Notes under the pieces: generated by a model | What the model saw: the letters and a program-made list of their open reading frames with translations, nothing else | What the model was told of the DNA's origin: nothing | The model's database searches: none | Made by a program: the position numbers and the translations under genes | Source: Candidatus Undinarchaeota archaeon | GTDB lineage: Archaea > SpSt-1190 > JASMDC01 | Assembly: GCA_964519305.1 (NCBI GenBank) | Contig: CAZFHY010000007.1 | Coordinates: forward strand, 64,001-128,000 | Length of the DNA: 64,000 nucleotides | Direction: 5' to 3' | Part shown: positions 38,100 through 46,646 of the stretch, piece after piece | Layout: every line of letters begins with the position of its first letter | How positions within the stretch are numbered: the stretch's first letter is position 1

Positions 38100-39245
38100 T
38101 CATGGGTCCCGGTCGTCTTCGCTCCCGGCCTCGCCTTTAACTTCTCGTTCCATCCTCTCATGGTCCTCTTTCGTGATATCTAGAGACTTCCTGAGCGTCT
38201 CGAGCATCTTCCTCTCCTTCTTCGTGATAATGCCATCATCCCATGCTATCGAAAGCTCAGTGCGATATAGCTCGGCCTTGTCATCGTGATTCTTTAAAGA
38301 GGAAAGTCCGACTTTCGGGAGGAGCTTGTCGGTGAGGTTCTGGCTCACTGACCGGGCCGGGACAGAGAGCATTACGACGAATCCCGCGGAAACCAGGTTG
38401 GACAGGTGCATATCAGCGAACACTGTCGTTGAGACGACATCCTCCATGAGCTCCTGGACGACGAAGAACGCGATGGTGAGGATGCTCGTCATCATACCGT
38501 AGAGCACGCTCTTGCGGACGATGATATCAATATCGAACAGACGCTCCTTGACTATTCCGTACGCGATGAAACCGAACGAGATAGGCAATGCCATGAGCAC
38601 GGGATTGATACTGGGGGATGTGTTGAACATGAATCGATAGACCAACAGGGCGAACGATGTGATGAACGCAACGAACGAGGCGAGCACGAAGTACGCGGAG
38701 CGACGTCTAAGTTCGATGTCATCTCGCTGCCTGAACATACGAAAGAACGTCGAGAACAGCAGGGTAAGCATGATAGGGACGTAAATGAAGGAGAACAACC
38801 TCAGTGGTGAATCGAGACGAGGTGAGAACGCGCCGAACGAAGCATCTCCGCCCTGGACCACATCTCCTATGACCACATCGGGTGCAAGGACCATGGATAT
38901 GGCAGCAATGGTGGGAAGGATGTAGACAGCAAGGTATCTCCTGTGTTTGAGGACCACCCCCTTCTCCCAGAATGCGAACGAGAAGTGAAGGAACGCAGAG
39001 ACCGAAAAGACGTCCGCGATTAGGTACACACCGAACCACCGTTTCCAAGTGGAGAGTTCCCGGCTGCAGACGAGCATCGCGGCGGATAGGCTGATAAGGG
39101 CTGCCAGGAAGAGCGCGAGCACGAAGAGCCTGACATATCCCTCTTCCCGCTTCTTCTTCAGCAGGAACGCACCCAAGAGAGTGCAGACTATGAAAGGGAT
39201 GATGTAAATTATCGCCCGGGGATCGAACACGTATGCTGTCATCAT
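38100..39245 (-). CDS. HisKA-7TM-like multi-transmembrane sensor protein with C-terminal TerB-like helical domain, no kinase domain
   Basis: ~9 hydrophobic helices; YGIVKERLFDI motif; C-terminal AWDDGIITKKERKMLETLR. Confidence 0.7.
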   Translation of the reverse strand: MMTAYVFDPRAIIYIIPFIVCTLLGAFLLKKKREEGYVRLFVLALFLAALISLSAAMLVCSRELSTWKRWFGVYLIADVFSVSAFLHFSFAFWEKGVVLKHRRYLAVYILPTIAAISMVLAPDVVIGDVVQGGDASFGAFSPRLDSPLRLFSFIYVPIMLTLLFSTFFRMFRQRDDIELRRRSAYFVLASFVAFITSFALLVYRFMFNTSPSINPVLMALPISFGFIAYGIVKERLFDIDIIVRKSVLYGMMTSILTIAFFVVQELMEDVVSTTVFADMHLSNLVSAGFVVMLSVPARSVSQNLTDKLLPKVGLSSLKNHDDKAELYRTELSIAWDDGIITKKERKMLETLRKSLDITKEDHERMEREVKGEAGSEDDRDP

Positions 39246-39277
39246 CGGTCACGTACTCATACTGGAAAGACGGGTTA

Positions 39278-40258
39278 TTACCTGTACCGTTCTACTGCGG
39301 ACAATAGAACCGCCTGGATGAGCTGCTGATAGTCCTTACCTAGCGTACTCCAAGCATCGTAGTACGAACCGCTCTGGTGAATGGCGGCCATGGAGTTGAG
39401 CTCGAGTATCCATGGATTGCCGTCATCATCAATTCTGAAGTCAACGCGAGCACAATCCCTGCACCCGAGCGCCTTAAAGGCAGCGACGGTGAGGTCCCGT
39501 ACTTTCCCGGTCAGCTCGTCGGACATACGTGCTGGGCACACGTGGCTTGCGACACGGTCACGCTTGGTCTCGAACGAGAGGATGCGTGACGTCCCTTTCA
39601 TGTTACCGAAGTCGATCTCGAGCACAGGGAGCGCCTTGGGAGGATCGTTACCGAGTACACCACAGTTGACCTCCATGCCGGAGATGAACCGCTCTACAAG
39701 GGCAGGTTGCTGGAACTCATCGATGATAGCAGCAACAGCCTTCCGTAGGCTCGTCTCGTCCTCGACGACCTGTATCCCGAAGCTCGTGGACTCCATCTTG
39801 GGCTTTACGATGAGCGGGAAGATGAGCCCCTCCGTCAACGTATCATCAGGTGTATTGAAGAGCTGGAACGCGGGGGTAGGTAATCCGGCGCTCCTGAGAA
39901 CTACCTTTGCCAGGTACTTGTCGAGCGCGATAGTGTGCGCTCTGGGTCCGGAGCAGACATATGGGATACCGGCCAGTTCGAGTATCGATGGTATGTGGGT
40001 GTACCTGCATTCGCCCTGGACGCCATAGGCGAGGTTGAACACCATGAGGTCAGCAGGATCATCAAGGGAGGAAAGGAGGTTCTCCAGACGAGGGATCAGG
40101 TCCACGTCACCTTCGAGCACCGTTACGTCGTGCCCGCCGGCGCTCAAGGCATTCTTGACCGCTTCGATATCCTCCTCTTTGTAGTACTCCTTGTTCTGCA
40201 TTCCCAGCTGGCGAAGCCGTCGTGCCTCGGGCGTATTTCGGACGATTGCGATGTGCAT
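39278..40258 (-). CDS. D-Ala-D-Ala-ligase-like ATP-grasp enzyme
   Basis: DKYLAK, PLIVKPKMESTSFGI, LVERFISG, ARVDFR and LELN motifs; ATG at 40258 after a GAGGTG RBS. Confidence 0.9.
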   Translation of the reverse strand: MHIAIVRNTPEARRLRQLGMQNKEYYKEEDIEAVKNALSAGGHDVTVLEGDVDLIPRLENLLSSLDDPADLMVFNLAYGVQGECRYTHIPSILELAGIPYVCSGPRAHTIALDKYLAKVVLRSAGLPTPAFQLFNTPDDTLTEGLIFPLIVKPKMESTSFGIQVVEDETSLRKAVAAIIDEFQQPALVERFISGMEVNCGVLGNDPPKALPVLEIDFGNMKGTSRILSFETKRDRVASHVCPARMSDELTGKVRDLTVAAFKALGCRDCARVDFRIDDDGNPWILELNSMAAIHQSGSYYDAWSTLGKDYQQLIQAVLLSAVERYR

Positions 40259-40274
40259 AGGGTTCACCTCAAGG

Positions 40275-41474
40275 TCAGTTCGTTCTTTCGTACGAAACAT
40301 ATGTAGCGAGCAATGTCGCGGTGAGCATGGAGCGCTGTATGAGCGAAGGCAAGTATAGACGTTCCTGCGGCGTGTGGTCGTCGAAGCCGATGGGGCCAAG
40401 ACCGTCCAGCGTGGGAACACCGGATGATCCGAACCAGCTCGAGTCCGCGGTGCCGGTACGACGTTCTTTCTGAACGTTCTGTTTTAGAGCTGCGGCCACG
40501 GACTGGATCCTATCGAGGAGGTAGCCCGTCCCTTCGTTCTCTGGCCAGGCTGGACGGAAGCTCGTGACCTTGAGCGAATTCTGGGCGCCGCTCACGGTCG
40601 GGATCGCACTGATCTGCTCCATGTCCTCCTTGATAGCTCTCTCGGATGCGGGATCCCAGAACCAGATGTCCACCAGGGCGGTCGCAGAGGATGGGACCGT
40701 GTTCCTGGCCTCACCTCCCCATGCTCGTCCCACGTTAAAGGCAGTTCCTGGATACTTCTTGTTAAGACCTTCAACCGCGATGATCTTGTGGGAGAGCTCT
40801 TCCAGAGCACTGGTCTTGAACGATTGGAGCAATCCTGCGTGAAAAGGTACTCCTTGTACATCCAGCTGGTAAGCGAGCTTGGCACGTCGCGAGACGACGA
40901 CCTCTCCGTTAGGGCCTCCGCACTCGAAGTAGAGGGCAAACTCAGTGTTCCGGGCCAAGGGTTTGAAGAGAGGACGTGATGTGGTCGCTGCACGTTCCTC
41001 GTCACTGTTCAGCACGACTGTGATGGCCAGCCCGTCCATGAGTCCCGCGGCCTTGAGAGATTCTAAGGCTGCGAGCATGACGACGATCCCACCTTTCATA
41101 TCGCTCGTACCGGGGCCGATCGCATACTCTCCATTTATCGTGAAGGCGGGAAGGCGAGTGTAGTCCGTGTAGGTTGTGTCGGTGTGCCCTCCGAGAACGA
41201 TCTGCTTACCGGCCATCCCGTTCGTAGCTACGAGATGGTCACCGAAACCACGGGCAGAATGACGTCTTACGGTCATCCCAAGGGCCTGAAGTCGCTGCTC
41301 GATGATCTCGTTTACCTTCTGAACACCTTCGACCATCTCGGACCCGCATGGTATATCGACGAGTCTCTTGAGCGTCTCGATATGACGTTGTTGGTCATTC
41401 TCGAGCGTTGTGACGAGCTTTCCTACTACCGATTGCGGAACGGTGATGATATCCTGTTCGGTCATGGACTTCAC
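40275..41474 (-). CDS. M20-family metallopeptidase (glutamate carboxypeptidase-like)
   Basis: GHTDT, GPGTSDMKGG, SDEE and DGLGP..DHTPQE motifs; overlaps the eam stop codon. Confidence 0.9.
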   Translation of the reverse strand: MKSMTEQDIITVPQSVVGKLVTTLENDQQRHIETLKRLVDIPCGSEMVEGVQKVNEIIEQRLQALGMTVRRHSARGFGDHLVATNGMAGKQIVLGGHTDTTYTDYTRLPAFTINGEYAIGPGTSDMKGGIVVMLAALESLKAAGLMDGLAITVVLNSDEERAATTSRPLFKPLARNTEFALYFECGGPNGEVVVSRRAKLAYQLDVQGVPFHAGLLQSFKTSALEELSHKIIAVEGLNKKYPGTAFNVGRAWGGEARNTVPSSATALVDIWFWDPASERAIKEDMEQISAIPTVSGAQNSLKVTSFRPAWPENEGTGYLLDRIQSVAAALKQNVQKERRTGTADSSWFGSSGVPTLDGLGPIGFDDHTPQERLYLPSLIQRSMLTATLLATYVSYERTN

Positions 41475-42790
41475 TCACGAATGTAATCCGGGTCACGCTT
41501 CTCATCATCGTAGTCCATAACAAGACCTTGCCACGAGCGGAACCTTGCCTTGCCGTTGGCGTTGATGTTCAACAGGTAGTTGGGCATTACGGGTGTCTTG
41601 CCCCTGCCCATGGGCAGCGTGCAGATGTAGGTGGGCACAGCGAGACCTGATGTGTAGTTACGCAGGTACTCCATGATGTTGTACCCGTCCTGAATGCTCG
41701 GCCTGAAATGCCGGATGCCCTCGAGCATCTTGCAGTTGAAGATGTAGTACGGTCTGACTTTGACCGTCAGGAGCTCCTGGCACAACTTCTTCATTACATG
41801 GCGGTCGGTGTTGATGCCCCGCAGGAGAACGCTCTGGTTCCCGAGCAGGATACCAGCACGAGTGAGCTTATCGCACGCCTCGGCGACCTCGTTGGTGATC
41901 TCTTTTGGATGGTTGTACTGTGTGTTGAGGTAGAGCGGATCGTGCGTGGAGAGCATCTCGCACAGGTCGTCGGTGACCCGCATGGGGAGCACACAAGGCA
42001 TCCGGCTCCCTAGACGCTTGATCTCAACGTGAGGGATGGCATCCAGTTCACCGAGGATCCAATCGAGCCTATCGTTCGTGAGAGCGAACGCGTCACCACC
42101 GGTGATGAGAACGTCCCTTATCTCTTCGTGCTCCTTGACGTAATCCAGGGCCATTGAGATGTCCTTCTTCGAATAGAGAAGGTTCTCGTGGCTTATGTGT
42201 CGACGCCTGAGACAGTGGCGACAGAACATCGCACAGGCGTTAGTGACGTTGATGATGAGCCGGTCAGGATAGAGTCGGGTTGTGAGCGGGGCCGGTGAGT
42301 TGTACAGGACGGTCTCGGGGTCCTTCTCGACGGTCGTATCCAGTACCTCATTCACTATCGGAACGCTCTGCATCCGTACGGGACACTTACGGTCCTTCCT
42401 ATCCATGAGACTGGCGTAGTATGGTGAGACGCCCCAGCGGTACATCTCTTCTACATCTTTGATATGGCCCTGTTCCTCCGTGGTGAGCTCGATGATACGG
42501 GCGAGCTGGTCCACGCTCCTTATGGTGTTGCGCAGATGCCATCGCCAGTCCTTCCAGTCATCGTTCGTCCCACCGAGCACATCGAGGATGAGCTTCTTGT
42601 TCTTCTCGTACTCGGCCGCGAGCTTTCTGCCGGTCGGGATCGAGTCCTTGACCGCCAGATAGTCGGCAATGGACTCCTTGTACGACTCACATCGTTCGAG
42701 GGCATACTTACGCTTCTCGGGAGTGATGTGGAGCATGGTCTTCTCAACGGGTACGAAAGTCGAATCGGAGGTATCGTCCTTTTTCACCAT
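41471..42790 (-). CDS. eam: KamA-family radical SAM aminomutase, most similar to glutamate 2,3-aminomutase
   Basis: CAMFCRHC cluster motif, SPYYASLM, LGNQSVLL, GKTP PLP lysine. Has the Eam-type N-terminal extension (KRKYALER...DYLAVKDSIPTG) and lacks the LAM C-terminal Zn-binding cysteines. Confidence 0.8.
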   Translation of the reverse strand: MVKKDDTSDSTFVPVEKTMLHITPEKRKYALERCESYKESIADYLAVKDSIPTGRKLAAEYEKNKKLILDVLGGTNDDWKDWRWHLRNTIRSVDQLARIIELTTEEQGHIKDVEEMYRWGVSPYYASLMDRKDRKCPVRMQSVPIVNEVLDTTVEKDPETVLYNSPAPLTTRLYPDRLIINVTNACAMFCRHCLRRRHISHENLLYSKKDISMALDYVKEHEEIRDVLITGGDAFALTNDRLDWILGELDAIPHVEIKRLGSRMPCVLPMRVTDDLCEMLSTHDPLYLNTQYNHPKEITNEVAEACDKLTRAGILLGNQSVLLRGINTDRHVMKKLCQELLTVKVRPYYIFNCKMLEGIRHFRPSIQDGYNIMEYLRNYTSGLAVPTYICTLPMGRGKTPVMPNYLLNINANGKARFRSWQGLVMDYDDEKRDPDYIRE

Positions 42791-42891
42791 CAGCGTTACA
42801 CCGTGCCGTTGGCCTGTGACTCAGGCCTGATGGGGACCTTGAGACATAGCGTGGTATAAAAGGTTGTCGTTGGTGCCCTGAGCACGGTGGC

Positions 42892-43677
42892 TCAGAAGTA
42901 GCGTTCTAGGTGCTCTCGGGACGTCACGGCGTCCTCGATGCCGTAACCGTCACGCATCTCGAGGTTAACGGCCCTGAGATGGGGGAGCGCCGCCACTTGG
43001 CGATAGACATCATCGGGAAGGGCGCCGGAGACCGGTTGATGGAGGTCCGTCGTTCCATCGTTGTCGTGCATGTGCACGTGGATGGTGTATTCTCCCAGAG
43101 CCTCGATGAACTGCTCGAAGGGAATGTTGTGGATTTGGGACGCGACGTAGGCATGTCCCACGTCCAGGCAGACGTATGGTTCGTACCCTTCGTCACGGAG
43201 GTCCTCGATCAGGCCACGCACTTCCCATGGGGCCGTGTACGAGGTGCCCTCACCATGGATCAACGGGACCTCGTTCTCGATAGCGATATCGATACCGCAT
43301 TCTTGGGCTGTGTCGAGTATCTCCCGGGCGCATGACAGGAAGTTCTCCCTCCTCTCGATGTAATCGACACCCTCTGGAGGCCTCCCCTCGACATGGAGCA
43401 CAGCCACCTCGGCGTTCCCGGCGTAGGCGTGGAGCCACGACTTAATCGCATCAGTGCTCATCCCACGAGTGAAGGGATCAGGGTCCGTCAGATGGATGCC
43501 ACGGAAGGGAAGATGGATCGAGTAGACCTCCCGATCGATGCCGTCAGGGAGGTGGTAGGGGATGACCTCGACATCGAATCCTTCGGTGTAGAGCGATTCG
43601 AGACCTGAGTCGAGGTCGAAGTCGATAGTGGATGAGGCGGCGTATCGAACACCAGATCGTTCATAGCCAGCTTCCAC
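42892..43677 (-). CDS. Sugar phosphate isomerase/epimerase (AP endonuclease 2 TIM barrel)
   Basis: SIHLPF, IAIEN, CLDVGHA and HVHMHDNDG..DLH motifs; TATAAAT ~25 nt upstream. Confidence 0.88.
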   Translation of the reverse strand: MEAGYERSGVRYAASSTIDFDLDSGLESLYTEGFDVEVIPYHLPDGIDREVYSIHLPFRGIHLTDPDPFTRGMSTDAIKSWLHAYAGNAEVAVLHVEGRPPEGVDYIERRENFLSCAREILDTAQECGIDIAIENEVPLIHGEGTSYTAPWEVRGLIEDLRDEGYEPYVCLDVGHAYVASQIHNIPFEQFIEALGEYTIHVHMHDNDGTTDLHQPVSGALPDDVYRQVAALPHLRAVNLEMRDGYGIEDAVTSREHLERYF

Positions 43678-43779
43678 GGCATCTGCGGGCTTTGCATCTC
43701 CTATTTATACCTTATCCGGGTAAGGAAATATGGGTCCTTCAGTTTCGAAGGTAGAGGCCCATGCACCGTACGTGGATGA

Positions 43780-45204
43780 ATGCCCATGACGCTCGACGTT
43801 GCCGTCATCAATCCTCCGCCACCCACACAGAACTGCATCTCCAAAGAGGGCAGGTGCGCGGGGAGGGGATTCCTGCCCCTCATCCATCTTACTCCGTTAT
43901 CGCTCCTCTATCCGGCAGCGGTCATCGAGGCCCAGGGGCATAATGTCAGCGTGCATGACGGCGTAGCCTCCGGACCGTTACCGATCGATGCTATCGATGC
44001 GGACCTCGTTCTCGTGAACATATCGCCCGCATCGTACACCATGGACATGGAGTTCGTCAAAACGGTGAAGGAACAGAGGAAGGATACTCTTGTCGCGGCC
44101 CTGGGCACGCTCGCCACATCAAGGCCGGACCGTATTCTGGCCGATGGTGCAGACATGGTGCTCCGCGGAGAGATCGAGTCGACCGTCGCCGAGGTCACAC
44201 GACGGCTCGTGAGCGGACGAAAGCTGGTTGGAGTGCCCGGCCTGTCCATCCGTTCCGGTGGTAGGATAGTGCACGGCGGTGATGCGGTGCGTCCGGACCT
44301 TGATGCCCTCCCCTACCCTGCACGACATCTCATCGAACGGGACAACTACCGGTTCCTCTTCACGGGTGACATAACCACTTCGATTCTCACTGGACGAGGT
44401 TGTCCGCACCGATGCACGTTCTGTGCCTCGAGCATCATCAACGGTACTCGGACGCGTGACAGGGACCCAAGGTCGATCGTCGAGGAGATCAGGTACGTGC
44501 ATGAACACGATGGTACGAACCACTTCATCCTGTATTCCGATACGTTCAATGCCTCACGAAGGTTCGTCCTCGATCTGTGCGATGAACTCCTACGCGAGGA
44601 CATGGACATCGAATGGGCCTGCAACAGCAGAGCTGATGGTCTTGATGACGAAGTACTGGAGCGAATGTCACGTGCGGGTTGCAGGCATGTAACGATCGGG
44701 GCCGAGTCAGGGTCCGATGAGATACTGAAGCGTGCGTGCAAGGGAGAGACCACGGCCATGGTCCATGATGCCGTAGAAGCGTGCTCACGTGCCGGTATCG
44801 ATGCGTTGGTGTACTTCATATTAGGTCTTCCCGGAGAGACACGTCAAACAGTACAGGAGACCCTGGACTTCGCAGCATCTCTGAGTACGGACTACGTCAT
44901 GTTCTCAACGGCGACACCGTACATCGGGACACCATTCGCGAAAGAGGTCGGCTTCGACAACGACGACCTCGATCTACAGCGTGACGAGGTCAATGCGATC
45001 GTGGACTCGGACGCCATCGGGATAACTCCCCAAGAGATCCAGGAAGCGGTCAAGGAGTCTTACATCAGGTTCTATATGAGACCGAACACCGTAGCGAACC
45101 ATGCATCACGCATAGTCCGAAGCCCGAAGATGCTCGGTACGACCGTCACAACAGCTGCGGGTATGGCGCGGTACATACTTGGTATGGACGTGTCCGATGA
45201 GTGA
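43780..45204 (+). CDS. Cobalamin-binding radical SAM protein
   Basis: N-terminal B12-binding region, LDALPYP, TGRGCPHRCTFC, GAESGS and FILGLPGET motifs. Confidence 0.92.
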   Translation: MPMTLDVAVINPPPPTQNCISKEGRCAGRGFLPLIHLTPLSLLYPAAVIEAQGHNVSVHDGVASGPLPIDAIDADLVLVNISPASYTMDMEFVKTVKEQRKDTLVAALGTLATSRPDRILADGADMVLRGEIESTVAEVTRRLVSGRKLVGVPGLSIRSGGRIVHGGDAVRPDLDALPYPARHLIERDNYRFLFTGDITTSILTGRGCPHRCTFCASSIINGTRTRDRDPRSIVEEIRYVHEHDGTNHFILYSDTFNASRRFVLDLCDELLREDMDIEWACNSRADGLDDEVLERMSRAGCRHVTIGAESGSDEILKRACKGETTAMVHDAVEACSRAGIDALVYFILGLPGETRQTVQETLDFAASLSTDYVMFSTATPYIGTPFAKEVGFDNDDLDLQRDEVNAIVDSDAIGITPQEIQEAVKESYIRFYMRPNTVANHASRIVRSPKMLGTTVTTAAGMARYILGMDVSDE

Positions 45205-45222
45205 CACTGTTGTGGGTAAGCG

Positions 45223-46344
45223 TCATCGTCGTCGTCTGATCGACCGTGATACGGTCACATCGTGCCCATCAAGCTCGAACTCGTCCTCGGCACCATGGTC
45301 CCTGTTGGCGCGCCAGTAGGTGGAGAGGTCCTGTATGAAATCGGTCGGCTGCCGCAGTGGATCCTCTTCATACTTGGTGGCCATATCAGCGACCTTGACG
45401 AAGGGCTTGTACTTATTGGCATGGTGACCGGACCCGAACTGGATGTCAAGTCCCTTGTCCGAGAGCGTTGGCTTGAAGAAGTTACAGGCGTACACGTCCG
45501 CCCCGGACTCGGGCATGAGCTCCTCGATGGCCTTTAGAGCGGTCCTTTCGACATGGGGATCGAAATCGATGTTGGAGACGATGAGGTCGTACTGTACCAT
45601 CTCGCCTTGTGCTTTCTTTTCTGCAAAGGCGTCGTGATCACCGAGGGCATAGGGCTTGAGGTCGTCACCACGATCGAACTTGACCGCAGCAATGCGCACG
45701 TACCAGTCCTTACCTATACGCTCCTTGTAGGCGTCATCTATGCAGATGAACGAATCGTGGTCGCCAAGGTGATGTCTGAGGCCCCCGGAGCTCTCTGCTT
45801 TCTCTCGCACCTTCTGGACAGTATAGGGTTTGTCGATCGGTTTGGCTATGTGTTCGGTCTGTTCGACCTCGTCCCATTTGACGGAGCGTCCGACGACACG
45901 GTAGCCGTCACCATTGCGCTCCATATCCTCACCGGTCGGGTACAAGGCTATGGGGTCGTTGCTAAGGCCGAGCTTGCCAATGCGTCGCATGTCCTTCTTC
46001 AGGTCACGGTCCTTGGGAGCATGAGCGTAGATCCTGATCACTCCGAGCTCGCCCTCTGAATCCGTGTACACACAGTCGACATTGCCCCAGGTCGAAGTGG
46101 ACATGCGTTTGAGGTCCACGCCGAAGGCCATTGAATCTACGTCCTTTCCGACTATCGAGGATGCATCGTCGACGAGCTCGTCTATGAGACCGTCCTTGCT
46201 CTCGGCATAGGTCGAAGCAGAGACCGCGGACGTTATGAGGTGTGGCTTATCGGAGTACGGGACGAGCTTACGCTCGAGGTAGTCCTCACCCTCGGGCTCG
46301 AGCTCATCGAGTCCTCCGTACAGCATGATGATGTGACGGGCCAC
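45223..46344 (-). CDS. Hypothetical acidic protein (373 aa)
   Basis: Long ORF with typical codon usage and an upstream TTTAAATA box; no confident family. Confidence 0.7.
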   Translation of the reverse strand: MARHIIMLYGGLDELEPEGEDYLERKLVPYSDKPHLITSAVSASTYAESKDGLIDELVDDASSIVGKDVDSMAFGVDLKRMSTSTWGNVDCVYTDSEGELGVIRIYAHAPKDRDLKKDMRRIGKLGLSNDPIALYPTGEDMERNGDGYRVVGRSVKWDEVEQTEHIAKPIDKPYTVQKVREKAESSGGLRHHLGDHDSFICIDDAYKERIGKDWYVRIAAVKFDRGDDLKPYALGDHDAFAEKKAQGEMVQYDLIVSNIDFDPHVERTALKAIEELMPESGADVYACNFFKPTLSDKGLDIQFGSGHHANKYKPFVKVADMATKYEEDPLRQPTDFIQDLSTYWRANRDHGAEDEFELDGHDVTVSRSIRRRR

Positions 46345-46460
46345 TTTACCTGTATTTAAACGTTCCCACGGGCGAGTGGTGGCACGCTCGCGTCCATCGA
46401 CCTTTCACATTCTGCTCGATTAGAATAATGGGATAATCAGAGCTAAGGAGCATGAAGGTG

Positions 46461-46484
46461 AGAAGGAGGGAAGACCCTCCTCCT
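46461..46484 (-). terminator. Stem-loop downstream of tRNA-Tyr
   Basis: AGGAGGAGGG-TCTT-CCCTCCTTCT on the minus strand. Confidence 0.45.
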
Positions 46485-46489
46485 CTGTA

Positions 46490-46607
46490 TCCCGCCGCCC
46501 GGATTTGAACTGGGGACATCCTGGTTGCTGTACGAACACCGGCTACCAGCAAGCACCCGTGGTGCTCGCCTACAGCCAGGCGCTCTGCCAGACTGAGCTA
46601 CGGCGGG
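46490..46607 (-). tRNA. tRNA-Tyr(GTA) with 44-nt intron at 37/38 (46526-46569)
   Basis: Acceptor CCCGCCG/CGGCGGG+A (C1-G72), D arm GCTC/GAGC, anticodon stem CCTGG/CCAGG with CT-GTA-G, T loop TTCAAAT; TTTTTAAA box ~27 nt upstream. Confidence 0.93.
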
Positions 46608-46646
46608 ACTGACTAGTAGTGCGAGGACGTATAGGTTTAAAAAAGC

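Noticed and set aside
39278-40258. True ddl / peptidoglycan synthesis
   Set aside because: The context is archaeal with no mur genes, the sequence fits the divergent Ddl-like group, and it is operonic with an aminomutase.
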